Assembly: GCA_903889135.1 (NCBI GenBank)
Contig: CAISWF010000170.1
Span: 1,638-65,637 of the forward strand
Length of the DNA stretch: 64,000 nucleotides
Reading direction: 5' to 3'
From: Candidatus Omnitrophota bacterium
GTDB lineage: Bacteria > Omnitrophota > Gorgyraeia > Pluralincolimonadales > Pluralincolimonadaceae
Positions 25,774-39,513 of this stretch are shown piece by piece. Position 1 is the first letter of the stretch, and the number at the start of each line of letters is the position of its first letter. The notes beneath the pieces were generated by a model. It had not been told where the DNA came from. It worked only from the letters and a program-made list of their open reading frames with translations, and searched no databases. Made by a program: the position numbers and the translations under genes.

Positions 25774-26918
25774 CATGCTTGAGGAGCTTAAGAAGAAAAT
25801 AAAGCAGGCGCAAGAGACATTAGCCAACCTGCGGAGGTATCTTTGACCTCGATGCCGCAGGGAAGAATATAGCGGAATTTGAAGGGAAGATGGCTGCCCC
25901 GGGCTTCTGGGACGACCAGCAGAAGGCCAACAAGATAATCGCCGAAATGAAGTCGTTCAAGGCCCGCCTCGATCCGTGGCAGGCTTGCAATAAGGAGCTC
26001 GAGGAGCTTTCAGGGCTCGCCGAGATAACAGAACCCTCCGACGAGGCCTCGATATCCCAGCTTTCAAAAGATCTGGATACGTTAGCGAATAAGATAAGCC
26101 GCATAGAATTCACCGCTTTATTCTCCGGAGAACACGACAAGTCCGGCGCCATACTTTCCATTAACGCGGGCGCCGGCGGCACCGAGTCGTGCGACTGGGC
26201 GGCCATGCTCTTCAGGATGTATGTCCGCTACGCGCAGAACAAGGGCTATAAGGTCGAGGTCCTTGACTATCTGGCCGGAGAGGAAGCCGGCGTAAAGAAC
26301 GTCACGATGCTGGTCAAAGGCGATTACGCCTTCGGTTATTTAAAGTCCGAGCGCGGTGTTCACCGGCTCGTCAGGATATCCCCGTTCGATTCGAATAAGA
26401 GGCGGCACACGTCGTTCGCCTCGGTGGATGTCATCCCGGAGGTCGAGGAGGAGGCGGATATCCCGGTCGACGAGAAGGACCTGCGCATCGACGTCTACCG
26501 CGCGTCAGGACCGGGAGGGCAGGGAGTGAACACGACGGACTCGGCGGTGCGCATCACCCATATCCCGACCGGCCTCGTCGTCCAATGCCAGAACGAGCGC
26601 TCCCAGTTGAAAAACAAGCATTCCGCGATGAAAGTGCTGAAGGCGCGGCTCTTCGAAAAGAAACAGCAGGAGCAGGAAGAAAAAATAAAGACGATGTATT
26701 CGGAGAAACAGAAGATAGAATGGGGCAGCCAGATACGCTCTTACGTGCTGCACCCGTACATGATGGTAAAGGACCATAGGACGGAATACGAGACGGGAAA
26801 GGCGAACCAGGTGATCGACGGCGAACTTGATGAATTAATAGAGGCTTATGTTAAATTTTCGGCCGGGCAAGGTCCCGGCGCAGCAGGCAAGGTCCCGCCC
26901 CAGCGGGAGAAAAAATAG
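25774..26918 (+). CDS. prfB: Peptide chain release factor 2, expressed via a programmed +1 ribosomal frameshift
   Basis: ORF0 (about 25774-25845) encodes MLEELKKKIKQAQETLANLRRYL and ends at an in-frame TGA within CGGAGG TAT CTT TGA C. After a +1 slip on CTT T, the frame continues GAC CTC... into the 342-aa ORF ending at 26918. That ORF carries the RF2 motifs SPF (RF2 specificity) and GGQ (SGPGGQGVNTTDSAVRITHIPTG). Confidence 0.85.
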
Positions 26919-26927
26919 GGATATAAA

Positions 26928-29717
26928 ATGATAGGAAAAATATTTTCAGCGGTAATAGGTACCCACAATGACAGGGAACTTAAGCGGATCAAGCCCAAGG
27001 CGGAGTTCATAACTTCCCTTGAGCCGAAGATCTCAAAACTCTCCGACGCCGAACTGCGTGCCAAGACAGGAGAGTTCAAGGCGAAGATAAAAGAGCGGCT
27101 CAAGGAGATCGATCTTTCGAAGCTCGAGAAGGCCGAGAGGCGCAATGTAGAGACTGAGGCCCTCGAGGAGATATTGCCGGAGGCGTTCGCGGTCGTGCGC
27201 GAAGCGGGCAAGAGAGTGACCGGTATGCGCCATTTCGATGTCCAGCTTATCGGCGGCATCGTCCTGCACGAGGGAAAGATATCCGAGATGGCTACCGGCG
27301 AAGGCAAGACGCTTGTCGCGACGCTGCCGGCATATTTGAACGCGCTGACCGGCCTCGGCGTACACATCGTTACCGTAAACGATTACCTCGCGAAGCGCGA
27401 CAGGTACTGGATGGGGCCGATATTCGAGTTCCTCGGGCTGACCGTAGGGATGATACAACATGACATGAACGACAAGGACCGCCAGGCGGCTTACAGGAGC
27501 GACATAACCTACGGCACGAATAACGAATTCGGGTTTGATTACCTGCGCGACAATATGAAATACCGGCTCGAGGATATGGTCCAGCGGCCGCTGCATTACG
27601 GTGTCGTCGATGAAGTCGACTCGATACTCGTAGATGAGGCCAGGACGCCGCTCATCATATCCGGTCCGGCCGAAGAATCGACCGATAAATATTATAAAGC
27701 CGCGACCATCGTCAGGGGCCTTGAAAAAGGCGCGAAGGACGAAGACACAAAAGAAGAGTCCGGCGATTACGTAGTGGACGAGAAAGGCCACAGCGTCTGG
27801 CTGACCGAGCAAGGTGAGGCGAAGGTCGTCAAGGCCTGGGGGCTTAAGGATATGCATTCGATGGAATCGGTCGAGGAGCGGCATTGCGTCGAAAAGGCGC
27901 TCCTGGCCAAGGAACTTTACAAGCTCGACGTGGAATATGTCATCAAGGACGGCGAGGTCATAATCGTCGACGAGTTCACCGGCCGCATGATGCCGGGCAG
28001 GAGATGGTCCGACGGGCTCCACCAGGCGGTCGAGGCCAAAGAAGGCGTCAAGATAGAGAGGGAGAACCAGACCCTCGCTACGATAACGTTCCAGAATTAT
28101 TTCAGGATGTTCGACAAGCTTGCCGGCATGACCGGTACGGCCGCGACGGAAGCGAACGAGTTCAGCCAGATATATAAGCTCGATGTCGTCGTGATCCCGA
28201 CGAACAGGCCGCTCATAAGGACGAACCATCCGGACAGCATTTATAAATCCGAAAAAGAGAAATTCAACGCGGCCGCCGACGAGATCGCGCAATTATACGA
28301 GAAAGGCCAGCCCGTCCTGGTAGGCACGATATCGATCGATAAATCCGAACGTTTAAGTAACATGCTGCAGCGCCGCGGAATACCGCACCAGGTATTGAAC
28401 GCGAAATATCACGAGTCGGAGGCGCATATAGTCGCGCAGGCCGGGCGGTATAAAGCGATAACTATCGCGACTAATATGGCCGGCCGCGGCACCGATATCC
28501 TTCTCGGCGGCAACGCGGAATATATAGTCTACGACTATTTTAAGCAGAAGGGGATAGAGCCCGAGGATATCGACCCCAAGGAAAAGGCCGAGATGCTGGT
28601 GAAGTTCAAGTCGAAGGTCGAAGACGAGCATAATAAAGTCATCGCGGTCGGGGGCCTGCATGTACTCGGCACCGAGCGCCATGAGGCGCGGCGCATCGAT
28701 AACCAGCTCCGCGGCAGGTGCGGACGCCAGGGTGACCCGGGCTCATCGAGGTTCTATCTTTCGCTGGAGGACGACCTGATGAGGATATTCGGCTCGGACA
28801 GGATAAAATACATAATGGAAAAACTGGGGATGGAAGAGGGCCAGCCGATAGAACATCCCATCGTTTCGAGGTCTATCGAGACGGCGCAGAAACGGGTCGA
28901 GGCGCATAACTTCGAGATAAGGAAGCAATTGCTCGAATATGATAACGTAATGAACAAGCAGAGGGAGGTCATCTATTCCGAGAGGCGCGCGATACTCGAG
29001 GGCAAGGACATCAAGGAATATATCGCCGCGATGATAGAGAACGGCCTCGACTCGGCGATGGATATCTACCTCAACGAGAAGACGCATGCCGAGGAGTGGG
29101 ATACAAAAGGTTTCTCGGAGTGGTTCCGCGGGAAATTAGGCTTCGACCTTCCCGTTAACCGCGAGGAGTTTTTCGCTGCGCCGCGCCACGACATAAGGGC
29201 GGGGCTCCTCGATATAATAAATAAATTTTACGAAAAGAGGGAGTTAGTCCTAGGCGCGGACATGACCAGGCACATTGAGAAGACGATACTGCTCGACATG
29301 ATAGACTCGAAATGGAAGGACCATCTCTACACGATGGACCTGCTCAAGGAAGGCATAGGCCTGCGCGCCTACGGCCAGGTCGACCCGCTCGTCGAATACA
29401 AGAACGAGGGCTTCGCGATGTTCGAGGAGATGATGAACAGGATACAGGAAGACGCGCTCGAATTCATCTTTAAGGTCCAGGTAGCGACCCAGGAAAAACC
29501 GAGGGGCGTTTTCGAATCCGTCCCCCAGCAGATGATACACCGGGAGATGGGTTCGCTCGCCTCAAGGATACCTCAATCACAAGGCGGCGAGCCGGTCGAG
29601 GCCAGGCCGCCGGATGCCAAGCAGGCACCGGTCGAAAGGGAAGCTCCGAAAGTGGGCAGGAATGACCCTTGCCCATGCGGGAGCGGAAAGAAATATAAAA
29701 AATGCTGCGGCGTTTAG
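26928..29717 (+). CDS. secA: Preprotein translocase ATPase SecA
   Basis: The 929-aa product has DEAD-like motor motifs ([32 protein letters not shown]) and a C-terminal Zn-binding tail [14 protein letters not shown]. Confidence 0.95.
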   Translation: MIGKIFSAVIGTHNDRELKRIKPKAEFITSLEPKISKLSDAELRAKTGEFKAKIKERLKEIDLSKLEKAERRNVETEALEEILPEAFAVVREAGKRVTGMRHFDVQLIGGIVLHEGKISEMATGEGKTLVATLPAYLNALTGLGVHIVTVNDYLAKRDRYWMGPIFEFLGLTVGMIQHDMNDKDRQAAYRSDITYGTNNEFGFDYLRDNMKYRLEDMVQRPLHYGVVDEVDSILVDEARTPLIISGPAEESTDKYYKAATIVRGLEKGAKDEDTKEESGDYVVDEKGHSVWLTEQGEAKVVKAWGLKDMHSMESVEERHCVEKALLAKELYKLDVEYVIKDGEVIIVDEFTGRMMPGRRWSDGLHQAVEAKEGVKIERENQTLATITFQNYFRMFDKLAGMTGTAATEANEFSQIYKLDVVVIPTNRPLIRTNHPDSIYKSEKEKFNAAADEIAQLYEKGQPVLVGTISIDKSERLSNMLQRRGIPHQVLNAKYHESEAHIVAQAGRYKAITIATNMAGRGTDILLGGNAEYIVYDYFKQKGIEPEDIDPKEKAEMLVKFKSKVEDEHNKVIAVGGLHVLGTERHEARRIDNQLRGRCGRQGDPGSSRFYLSLEDDLMRIFGSDRIKYIMEKLGMEEGQPIEHPIVSRSIETAQKRVEAHNFEIRKQLLEYDNVMNKQREVIYSERRAILEGKDIKEYIAAMIENGLDSAMDIYLNEKTHAEEWDTKGFSEWFRGKLGFDLPVNREEFFAAPRHDIRAGLLDIINKFYEKRELVLGADMTRHIEKTILLDMIDSKWKDHLYTMDLLKEGIGLRAYGQVDPLVEYKNEGFAMFEEMMNRIQEDALEFIFKVQVATQEKPRGVFESVPQQMIHREMGSLASRIPQSQGGEPVEARPPDAKQAPVEREAPKVGRNDPCPCGSGKKYKKCCGV

Positions 29718-31258
29718 TCTTTTTACCGTTACTATCGGCATTATTGCTGACGCTGTCTTATCCGGCGTTCGATTTTTCATATCTTGCGTGGTTCGCGCTG
29801 ATACCGATGCTGATCGCGATCCGCGGAGAGAAACCGTGGCAGGCCTTCTTCACCGGTTATATAACCGGATTGTTATTTTTCGCCGCCACGCTGTACTGGG
29901 TCGGATACGTCGCGATAATAGGCGTCGTCGTCCTGGCGTTCTATTTGGCTTTCTTTTTCGGGATATTCGCAGTCGGCGTCGACATCCTCGCCATGCAGTT
30001 CGAAAAACCGCGCATAAGGTTCGCGGTGCTCGTGAGCTGCCTCTGGGTAGCGGTGGAATTGCTGAGGAGCCATCTTTTTACCGGTTTCGGATGGGCGCTG
30101 CTCGGGCACACGCAGTGGGACACCCTGCCGATAATCCAGATAGCCGATGTGGCCGGCGCCTACGGCGTCTCGTTCCTGGTCGTCTTTACCAACGTCCTCA
30201 TCTCCTCGAAGATAAAGAAGAAGATAAAGGGCTATATGCCGGAGCCGAGATACCTGGCGTTGCTGGTGATAGTGCTCATAGTGGTCGCGATATACGGATA
30301 TTACAAGGTCGACCAGAAATTCGATGGCGAACCCGTAAAAATATCGGTCATACAGGGGAATATCCCCCAGTCGGAGAAGTGGGATGAGAAATATGCCAAC
30401 GAAATACTGGATAAATATATAGACCTTACGAAAGAGGCGGCAAAGGACAAACCGGACCTGATAATCTGGCCCGAGACGTCGGTCCCGGGATTCCTTGAGA
30501 CCGACCAGTTCCTGCGCGGCAAGATCACCACCCTCGCGAAAGAGGTCAATACGTACATCCTGGTCGGGACGCAGACCGAGAGAGTGCCGCAAAAGGTGCG
30601 TTATTTCAACAGCGCCGCCCTGATATCGAACAAGGGCGAGATAGTAGGGCGCTATGACAAGATGCACCTCGTGCCGTTCGGCGAGTATGTCCCGCTGGGG
30701 AACGGCTTCCTGTCTTTCATCAAGCAGCGCTACGATATGGGCGAGGATTATACGCCCGGGAAAGATTACACGATATTCGAGATACCGACGCAGAAAGGCG
30801 GGCGGGTGAAGTTCGGCGTCCTGATATGTTTTGAGGATGTCTTCCCCGAACTGTCGAGGAATTTTGTGCGGTCGGGCGCGGACTTCCTGGTCGTGATAAC
30901 CAACGACGCCTGGTACATGAAGACCGCCGCGCCGTTCCAGCATGTCCAGCCTTCGGTCTTCCGCGCGGTCGAGGACAGGGTTAATGTTGTGAGGTGCGCG
31001 AATACCGGCTATTCGTGCTTTATAGACCAGTCCGGAAAGATCATCCAGGAGGTAAAGGATTTTAAAGGGGAGAAGATATTCGTGACGGGTTTCGCGACCG
31101 CGAATATAATCCCGGGAAAGGCCGGGACCCTGTATTTGGAATACGGGGACGCGTTCGCGCGGCTATGCGTTTGGGTTATTTTATTTGACTTAACCCTTTA
31201 TTTTATTTATAATTATGTCAAGTCTTCTCGACAAAGGCGGAAAAATTGGAAGAAATAA
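29702..31258 (+). CDS. lnt: Apolipoprotein N-acyltransferase
   Basis: A polytopic N-terminus is followed by a CN-hydrolase domain ([14 protein letters not shown]...[10 protein letters not shown]...VVITNDAWY). The gene overlaps the secA 3' end and the lysS 5' end. Confidence 0.85.
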   Translation: MLRRLVFLPLLSALLLTLSYPAFDFSYLAWFALIPMLIAIRGEKPWQAFFTGYITGLLFFAATLYWVGYVAIIGVVVLAFYLAFFFGIFAVGVDILAMQFEKPRIRFAVLVSCLWVAVELLRSHLFTGFGWALLGHTQWDTLPIIQIADVAGAYGVSFLVVFTNVLISSKIKKKIKGYMPEPRYLALLVIVLIVVAIYGYYKVDQKFDGEPVKISVIQGNIPQSEKWDEKYANEILDKYIDLTKEAAKDKPDLIIWPETSVPGFLETDQFLRGKITTLAKEVNTYILVGTQTERVPQKVRYFNSAALISNKGEIVGRYDKMHLVPFGEYVPLGNGFLSFIKQRYDMGEDYTPGKDYTIFEIPTQKGGRVKFGVLICFEDVFPELSRNFVRSGADFLVVITNDAWYMKTAAPFQHVQPSVFRAVEDRVNVVRCANTGYSCFIDQSGKIIQEVKDFKGEKIFVTGFATANIIPGKAGTLYLEYGDAFARLCVWVILFDLTLYFIYNYVKSSRQRRKNWKK

Positions 31259-32700
31259 ACGACCTAATAAAACAAAGAATAATAAAACTCGAAAACCTGC
31301 GGGCAAAGGGCGTAAATCCTTACGGCGGAAAATTCGTTAAGTCGCTCAATATCAACGAGTTACTGGCGGATTTTGAGGCTGCCACCGCCCAATCCAGGGA
31401 AGTCACGGTCGCCGGCCGGGTAATGGCCGTGCGTTCTCACGGAAAATCCTGTTTTGTTGACGTCAAGGATTCGACGGCGAAGATCCAGAATTATATAAAG
31501 GCCGCTGAGCTTCCGGAGGCCGGCAGGACAGCATTCGAGAACCTCGATATCGGCGATATCGTCGGCATAAAAGGCAAGGCCTTCAAGACGAGGACCGGCG
31601 AGCCGACGTTACACGTCGAAGAGTTCACGATGTTGTCGAAGTCGATCAGGCCGCTGCCGGAGAAATGGCACGGGCTCAAGGATATCGAGACGCGTTACCG
31701 CCAGAGGTACGTCGACCTCATCGTCAACGAGGAAGTCAAGAAGGTCTTCGAGCTTCGCATCAAGATGATCGCGCGGATAAGGGCTTTTCTGGACGGCAAG
31801 GGCTTCCTGGAGGTAGAGACGCCGATGATGCAGCCGATGCCGGGCGGCGCCACGGCCAAACCTTTCAAGACGCACCACGAGGCGCTCGGCATAGACCTTT
31901 ACATGAGGATCGCGCCCGAGCTTTACCTGAAACGGCTCCTGGTCGGCGGTTTCGAGAAGATCTACGAGATTAACCGGAATTTCAGGAACGAGGGGATATC
32001 GCCTAGGCATAATCCCGAGTTCACGATGATAGAGGTCTATCAGGCCTACGGCGACTGCGGGGATATGATAGACCTGACCGAGGAACTTATACTCGATGCG
32101 GCTCAACACCTCTTCGGGAAATACAAGATCGCGCACGGCGAAGGCGAGATCGACCTGTCGCCGCCGTGGGAGAGGATACCTTTTCGCGAAGCGATATTGA
32201 AATATTCCGGGATAGATTACAAGAAGGAAAAAGACCTGAGGAAAGTCGCGAAGGATATGGGGCTTGACATAAGGGACGCTAAGCTCGATGAGGAGGTCGC
32301 CAACAAGATATTCGAGAAGGCGGTTGAGCCGAAGCTCCTAAAGCCCACGTTCATAATAGATTACCCGGCGATACTGTGCCCGCTCTCGAAGAAGAAGCCC
32401 GGCGAGCCGGACCTGACCGAAAGGTTCGAATTGTTCATATCGGGCCATGAATTGGCGAACGCCTATTCGGAACTTAATGACCCGATAGAACAGAAGTCGA
32501 GGTTTGAGGACCAGGTAAAGGGCCCGGAAGCGCCGGAGGCCAAGACCATCGATGAGGATTTTGTCCGCGCGCTCGAGTACGGCATGCCGCCGGCAGGCGG
32601 GCTCGGGATCGGCATAGACAGGCTTGCGATGCTCCTGGCCAATTGTGACTCGATAAAGGATGTTATACTCTTCCCGCAGCTAAAACCGGAACAGCAGTAG
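31246..32700 (+). CDS. lysS: Lysyl-tRNA synthetase (class II)
   Basis: An OB anticodon-binding N-domain and class II motifs (FRNEGISPRHNPEFTMIEVYQAY, GGLGIGIDRLAMLL) are present. Confidence 0.95.
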   Translation: MEEINDLIKQRIIKLENLRAKGVNPYGGKFVKSLNINELLADFEAATAQSREVTVAGRVMAVRSHGKSCFVDVKDSTAKIQNYIKAAELPEAGRTAFENLDIGDIVGIKGKAFKTRTGEPTLHVEEFTMLSKSIRPLPEKWHGLKDIETRYRQRYVDLIVNEEVKKVFELRIKMIARIRAFLDGKGFLEVETPMMQPMPGGATAKPFKTHHEALGIDLYMRIAPELYLKRLLVGGFEKIYEINRNFRNEGISPRHNPEFTMIEVYQAYGDCGDMIDLTEELILDAAQHLFGKYKIAHGEGEIDLSPPWERIPFREAILKYSGIDYKKEKDLRKVAKDMGLDIRDAKLDEEVANKIFEKAVEPKLLKPTFIIDYPAILCPLSKKKPGEPDLTERFELFISGHELANAYSELNDPIEQKSRFEDQVKGPEAPEAKTIDEDFVRALEYGMPPAGGLGIGIDRLAMLLANCDSIKDVILFPQLKPEQQ

Positions 32701-32718
32701 CCAAATAAATTTTTAAAT

Positions 32719-33903
32719 ATGCGTTACGAATTGTTGGTAGCCTCGAGATATCTCCTCGCGAAACGCAGGGAGAAGTTCATATCGATAATCAGCCTGATCT
32801 CCGTGCTGGGTGTCGCGGTCGGCGTCTGCGCGCTCATTGTGGTCATCGGAGTGATGACCGGTTTCGATAACGAGCTGCGCGATAAGATAATCGGCGCGAA
32901 TTCCCATATCATCGTCGAGCAGGAAGGCGGTATCGTGGATTCCGCCGCGCTTATCAAAAAGATAAAGACCGAGCCCCACGTTGTTTCCGCTTCACCTTTC
33001 CTAGACGGACAGGCGTTCATCAGGGCGAAGGATACGATGCAGGGCGTCTCGATAAGGGGCATCGTCCCCGGCGAAGAGGTCAAGGTGTCCAAGCTCGGGT
33101 CCTATATCAAGTCCGGCTCTATGGCCGCGCTCAAGGACGGCGGAATGCTGATAGGCACCGAAATGGCGCAGAGGTTCGCCCTTAAGCTCGGCGACACAGT
33201 TTCGGTCCTTTCGCCGGTAGACGGCTCATCGAAAGATTTTAAGGTTGCGGGTACGTTCAATTCGGGTTATTACGAATATGATTCCGGGCTCGCTTTTGTG
33301 GACCTGAAAGACGCGCAGGAGCTTTTCGGCGAATGGGGCAAAGCCGGCGGGATCGGCGTGAGGATAGACGACGAATATCTCGCGCCGCAGATCAGGGTCA
33401 AGCTACAGAAAGAGCTGGGCTTCCCTTTTTACGTAAAGACATGGATAGACCTGAACAGGAGCCTTTTCTCGGCCCTTAAGCTCGAGAAGCTCGCCATGTT
33501 CTGGATATTGGCGCTGATAGTCACGGTCGCGTGTTTTAATATAGCGGCGACGATGATCATGGTCGTGATGGAGAAGACGAAAGATATCGGCATACTCAAG
33601 GCGATAGGCGCGGCCAACAATTCCATAAGGCTGATATTCACCCTGCAGGGATTCATAGTGGGCGCGGTGGGGACGGCGCTCGGCGTAGCCGGTGGGCTGG
33701 GTCTCGGGTATCTTCTCGAGAAGTACCAGTTCATCAAACTCCCGAGGGATATTTATTACATAGACAGGTTTCCCGTTGATATACAATACACGGACGTGGC
33801 CGCGATAGTCGTCGCGGCGCTGGCGATAAGTTTACTGGCCTGTCTCTATCCGGCATGGCAGGCGTCGCGGCTCAACCCGGTCGATGCCTTGAGGTACGAA
33901 TGA
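32719..33903 (+). CDS. lolC: Lipoprotein-releasing system permease (LolC/LolE, FtsX family)
   Basis: It has the N-terminal TM, a MacB-like periplasmic domain and a C-terminal FtsX 3-TM bundle (ILKAIGAANNSIRLIF), and it is followed by lolD. Confidence 0.8.
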   Translation: MRYELLVASRYLLAKRREKFISIISLISVLGVAVGVCALIVVIGVMTGFDNELRDKIIGANSHIIVEQEGGIVDSAALIKKIKTEPHVVSASPFLDGQAFIRAKDTMQGVSIRGIVPGEEVKVSKLGSYIKSGSMAALKDGGMLIGTEMAQRFALKLGDTVSVLSPVDGSSKDFKVAGTFNSGYYEYDSGLAFVDLKDAQELFGEWGKAGGIGVRIDDEYLAPQIRVKLQKELGFPFYVKTWIDLNRSLFSALKLEKLAMFWILALIVTVACFNIAATMIMVVMEKTKDIGILKAIGAANNSIRLIFTLQGFIVGAVGTALGVAGGLGLGYLLEKYQFIKLPRDIYYIDRFPVDIQYTDVAAIVVAALAISLLACLYPAWQASRLNPVDALRYE

Positions 33904-33904
33904 G

Positions 33905-34570
33905 ATGATAGAGGCCAGAGCCCTGCGGAAGATCTATAAGAACGGCGCGAAGGAGCTTGAGGTTCTCAAGGGCATAGACCTCAAAGTAGGCAAGAGCGAA
34001 GTCCTTGCGGTGCTCGGGCCGTCGGGTGCGGGTAAGTCAACCCTGCTCCATCTTTTGGGCGGGCTCGATTCGCCGACCGCCGGGGAAGTCATGATAGACG
34101 GCACCGATATCTATGCGCTCGGCGACAGGGAACGCGCGAAGATAAGGAACAGGAAGATAGGTTTCGTATTCCAGTTCTACCACTTGCTTCCTGAATTCGA
34201 CGCGCTCGAAAATGTCATGCTTCCGTTGTTGATAAAGGGCGGGAACGGAAAAGATCTGCGCGACAAAGGGGCCGGCCTGCTGAGGTCCGTGGGGCTGGGG
34301 GAACGGATGGCGCATAGGCCCGGCCAGTTATCCGGAGGAGAACAGCAGAGGGTGGCGATAGCCAGGGCCCTTATAAACGAACCGGAACTTCTCCTCTGCG
34401 ATGAGCCGACCGGGAACCTCGATTCCGAGTCGGGAAATAATGTAATTGACTTGTTGTGGGAACTCAATAAAAGTCGTAAAATGACATTGATGATAGTGAC
34501 CCATGACGCGCAGATAGCAAAGGCCGCGCAGAGGGTCCTGCACATAAGGGACGGAAAAATAATCCAATGA
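33905..34570 (+). CDS. lolD: Lipoprotein-releasing system ATP-binding protein LolD
   Basis: Walker A is GPSGAGKST, the ABC signature is [15 protein letters not shown], and Walker B is LLLCDEPT. Confidence 0.85.
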   Translation: MIEARALRKIYKNGAKELEVLKGIDLKVGKSEVLAVLGPSGAGKSTLLHLLGGLDSPTAGEVMIDGTDIYALGDRERAKIRNRKIGFVFQFYHLLPEFDALENVMLPLLIKGGNGKDLRDKGAGLLRSVGLGERMAHRPGQLSGGEQQRVAIARALINEPELLLCDEPTGNLDSESGNNVIDLLWELNKSRKMTLMIVTHDAQIAKAAQRVLHIRDGKIIQ

Positions 34571-34583
34571 CAAGGAGAGTAAA

Positions 34584-35456
34584 ATGAGCCTGAAGATCTA
34601 TATTGACGGAAAATTCTACCAGAACGAGGACGCGAAGATCTCGGTCTTCGACCACGGCCTGCTCTACGGCGACGGCGTCTTCGAGGGCATCCGCACCTAC
34701 GACGGGCTCATCTTTAAATTGAAGGAGCACATCGACAGGCTCTACCAGTCCGCGCACGCGATCATGCTCGAGATCCCGATGACGAAAGAGGAGACGGTCG
34801 AGGCGATCAAGAAGACCCTGCGCGAGAACGAGCTGAAGGATTCGTATATCAGGCTTATCGTCACGCGCGGCATGGGTGACCTGGGGCTCGACCCGAGGAA
34901 GTGCGGGAAACCGACCATCATCATCATCACCGACAAGATAAAGCTGTACCATCAGGAATTATACGAGAAGGGCCTTGAGATCGTGACCATCTCGACGCAG
35001 AGGAATATCCACGAGTCGGTCAACCCGCAGATCAAGTCGCTCAATTACCTTAACAATATACTGGCGAAGGTCGAGGCGATCAACGCGGGCGTCGAGGAGG
35101 CGGTCATGCTCAATTCCGAGGGTTATGTCGCGGAATGCACCGGAGATAACATCTTTACCGTCAAGACCGGCGCGCTCTATACCCCGCCGGTCCACAGCGG
35201 CGTCCTGCGCGGCATCACGCGCGGCGCGGTCATCGATATCGCGCACTTAAAGGAGATCCCCATCCACGAGGAGGTCATGACGAGGTACGACCTCTTTAAC
35301 GCGGACGAGATGTTCCTTACCGGGACCGCGGCCGAGATCATCCCTGTTGTCAGGATGGACAGGCGCAAGATCGGCGACGGCAAGCCCGGAAAGATGACGG
35401 CGAAACTCATAACGGAATTCCATAAGCTTACGAAGGTCGACGGCGTGAGGTTCTGA
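34584..35456 (+). CDS. ilvE: Class IV aminotransferase (branched-chain amino acid / D-amino acid aminotransferase)
   Basis: [19 protein letters not shown] and [20 protein letters not shown] are present. The length of 290 aa fits the short BCAT/DAAT family, and the substrate is uncertain. Confidence 0.75.
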   Translation: MSLKIYIDGKFYQNEDAKISVFDHGLLYGDGVFEGIRTYDGLIFKLKEHIDRLYQSAHAIMLEIPMTKEETVEAIKKTLRENELKDSYIRLIVTRGMGDLGLDPRKCGKPTIIIITDKIKLYHQELYEKGLEIVTISTQRNIHESVNPQIKSLNYLNNILAKVEAINAGVEEAVMLNSEGYVAECTGDNIFTVKTGALYTPPVHSGVLRGITRGAVIDIAHLKEIPIHEEVMTRYDLFNADEMFLTGTAAEIIPVVRMDRRKIGDGKPGKMTAKLITEFHKLTKVDGVRF

Positions 35457-35962
35457 TGATCTGCCAGGTCTGCGCCAAGAACGAGGCTACGGTCGAGTTC
35501 ACCGAGATAATAAATGACGAAGTGAAACAGCTCCACCTTTGCGACGATTGCGCGAAGGAGAAGGGCATCGAGATGGAGCAGAGCTTCAGCATCTCTGACC
35601 TCCTTGCCGGGATAAGCGGCCTCGGGGAAAAGCCGTCCGGCGAAGAGCTCTCGGTGAAATGCGGCAAATGCGGCATGACATTCGAGGACTTCCAGAAGAT
35701 AGGCCGGCTCGGCTGCGGCGAATGCTACGGCGCGTTCAGGAAGAACCTCCTGCCGCTTTTAAAACGCATCCACGGCTCGGCCCGGCATATCGGGAAATCG
35801 CCCAAGGAGATCGACGAGACCGACGGAAAGAAGAAGATATCCGAGGCGCAGGAATTGCGGCAAAAGCTCCAGCGCGCCATCGATATGGAGGAGTTCGAAG
35901 AGGCCGCCAGGCTCCGCGACAGGATAAGGTCGCTCGAGAAGAAAGCTAAAGATAAGCCATGA
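35456..35962 (+). CDS. mcsA: McsA-like protein (zinc fingers plus UVR domain; activator of protein arginine kinase)
   Basis: Two CxxC pairs (CQVCAKN...CDDCAK; CGKCGMTF...CGEC) and a C-terminal UVR motif (EEFEEAARLRDRIRSLEKK) are present. It lies immediately upstream of mcsB. Confidence 0.7.
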   Translation: MICQVCAKNEATVEFTEIINDEVKQLHLCDDCAKEKGIEMEQSFSISDLLAGISGLGEKPSGEELSVKCGKCGMTFEDFQKIGRLGCGECYGAFRKNLLPLLKRIHGSARHIGKSPKEIDETDGKKKISEAQELRQKLQRAIDMEEFEEAARLRDRIRSLEKKAKDKP

Positions 35963-37008
35963 CCCTCGACGAGCTCTGGAGCCGGACCGGAGAATGGCTT
36001 AAAGGCACCGGCCCGAACCCGGATATAGTGATGTCCTCGCGCGTAAGGCTGGCCAGGAACCTGGCTAAATACCCTTTCCCGCACTGGGCATCGGCCGAAC
36101 AGCTCGAGGGCGTCATTTCGGATTTTGAGGGTGCCTATAAGAAGGCGGATTATTTCAAAGGGGCTTTATTCTTAAGGATAGACGCGCTCGACAGCATAGA
36201 AAAGCAGATGCTGATCGAAAGGCACCTTATAAGCAGGGAGCACATAGCCAATTCCGAGCATAAGGCGGTCCTCATAAGCGAACGCGAGATAATAAGCATC
36301 ATGGTCAACGAGGAGGACCACCTCCGCATACAGGTCCTCCAGTCGGGCTTGAACCTGCACGACACATGGAAGCTCGCGGACAAGATAGACGAGGAATTGG
36401 AGCAGAACCTCGAGTTCGCAGTCTCTTCGGACCTGGGTTATCTGACATGCTGTCCCACTAACGTCGGGACCGGCTTAAGGGCGTCGTGCATGGCGCACCT
36501 TCCGGCCCTGGTCATGACGAAACAGGCCGGCAGGATCATACAGGCGATAAGCAAGCTCGGAATGACGGCCCGCGGCCTATTCGGCGAGGGGACCGAGGCG
36601 TACGGGAATTTTTTCCAGATATCGAACCAGGTCACGCTCGGGCGTTCGGAAGAAGATATAGTCGATAACCTCGAGCGGATAATGAAACAGATAATAGAGC
36701 AGGAGAACACCGCTAGGAACTCGGTATTTGCGAACCAGAGGCTGCTTTTGGAAGACAGGATATCGAGGTCGCTGGCCGAACTGAAGAGCGCGAAACTTAT
36801 AAGCAGCGAGGAAGCGCTGAACCTGCTTTCGGTGGTAAGGCTCGGAGCGGACCTTGGCGTGATAAAGGGCCTGGACCGCAACGTCTTGAATGATCTTTTT
36901 ATACAGATACAACCCGCCCATCTCCAAAAGAAAGAGGGCAAGCGCCTGTCGGCCGAGGAGAGGGACGCAGTGCGCGCGGAGTTCATATCGAGGAAATTCA
37001 ATATATAG
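35959..37008 (+). CDS. mcsB: Protein arginine kinase McsB (ATP:guanido phosphotransferase family)
   Basis: The phosphagen-kinase active-site motif CPTNVGTGLRAS is present, and the RGxxGEGTEA loop is conserved. Confidence 0.85.
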   Translation: MTLDELWSRTGEWLKGTGPNPDIVMSSRVRLARNLAKYPFPHWASAEQLEGVISDFEGAYKKADYFKGALFLRIDALDSIEKQMLIERHLISREHIANSEHKAVLISEREIISIMVNEEDHLRIQVLQSGLNLHDTWKLADKIDEELEQNLEFAVSSDLGYLTCCPTNVGTGLRASCMAHLPALVMTKQAGRIIQAISKLGMTARGLFGEGTEAYGNFFQISNQVTLGRSEEDIVDNLERIMKQIIEQENTARNSVFANQRLLLEDRISRSLAELKSAKLISSEEALNLLSVVRLGADLGVIKGLDRNVLNDLFIQIQPAHLQKKEGKRLSAEERDAVRAEFISRKFNI

Positions 37009-37032
37009 TCCGTATTTTGAGGAGGATGGTCC

Positions 37033-39459
<2,427 letters not shown>

Positions 39460-39461
39460 AT

Positions 39462-39495
39462 CCCGTGGTAGAGGGTGTCCTCTACAACGGGATAA
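39462..39495 (+). terminator. Stem-loop after clpC (15-bp imperfect inverted repeat, 5-nt loop) without a U-tract
   Basis: The sequence is atcccgtggtagagg gtgtc cctctacaacgggat. It may be an attenuator or processing site rather than a canonical intrinsic terminator. Confidence 0.35.
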
Positions 39496-39513
39496 ACCGG
39501 AGGCGGGGCTGAC

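Noticed and set aside
27033-28292. A 419-aa minus-strand ORF inside secA, and similar long antisense ORFs at 29873..30943, 46210..47502, 57333..58217, 58308..59141 and 38196..39038
   Set aside because: All lie opposite strongly supported housekeeping genes (secA, lnt, cysE/cysS, mtnA, thiL, clpC). Their compositions are biased (R/P/A/G-rich or S/T-rich) with no motifs, as expected for GC-driven open frames on the complementary strand.
29614-30387. A 257-aa plus-strand ORF overlapping the secA 3' end and lnt in an alternate frame
   Set aside because: It encodes an Arg-rich nonsense-like sequence and fully overlaps two confident genes in other frames.
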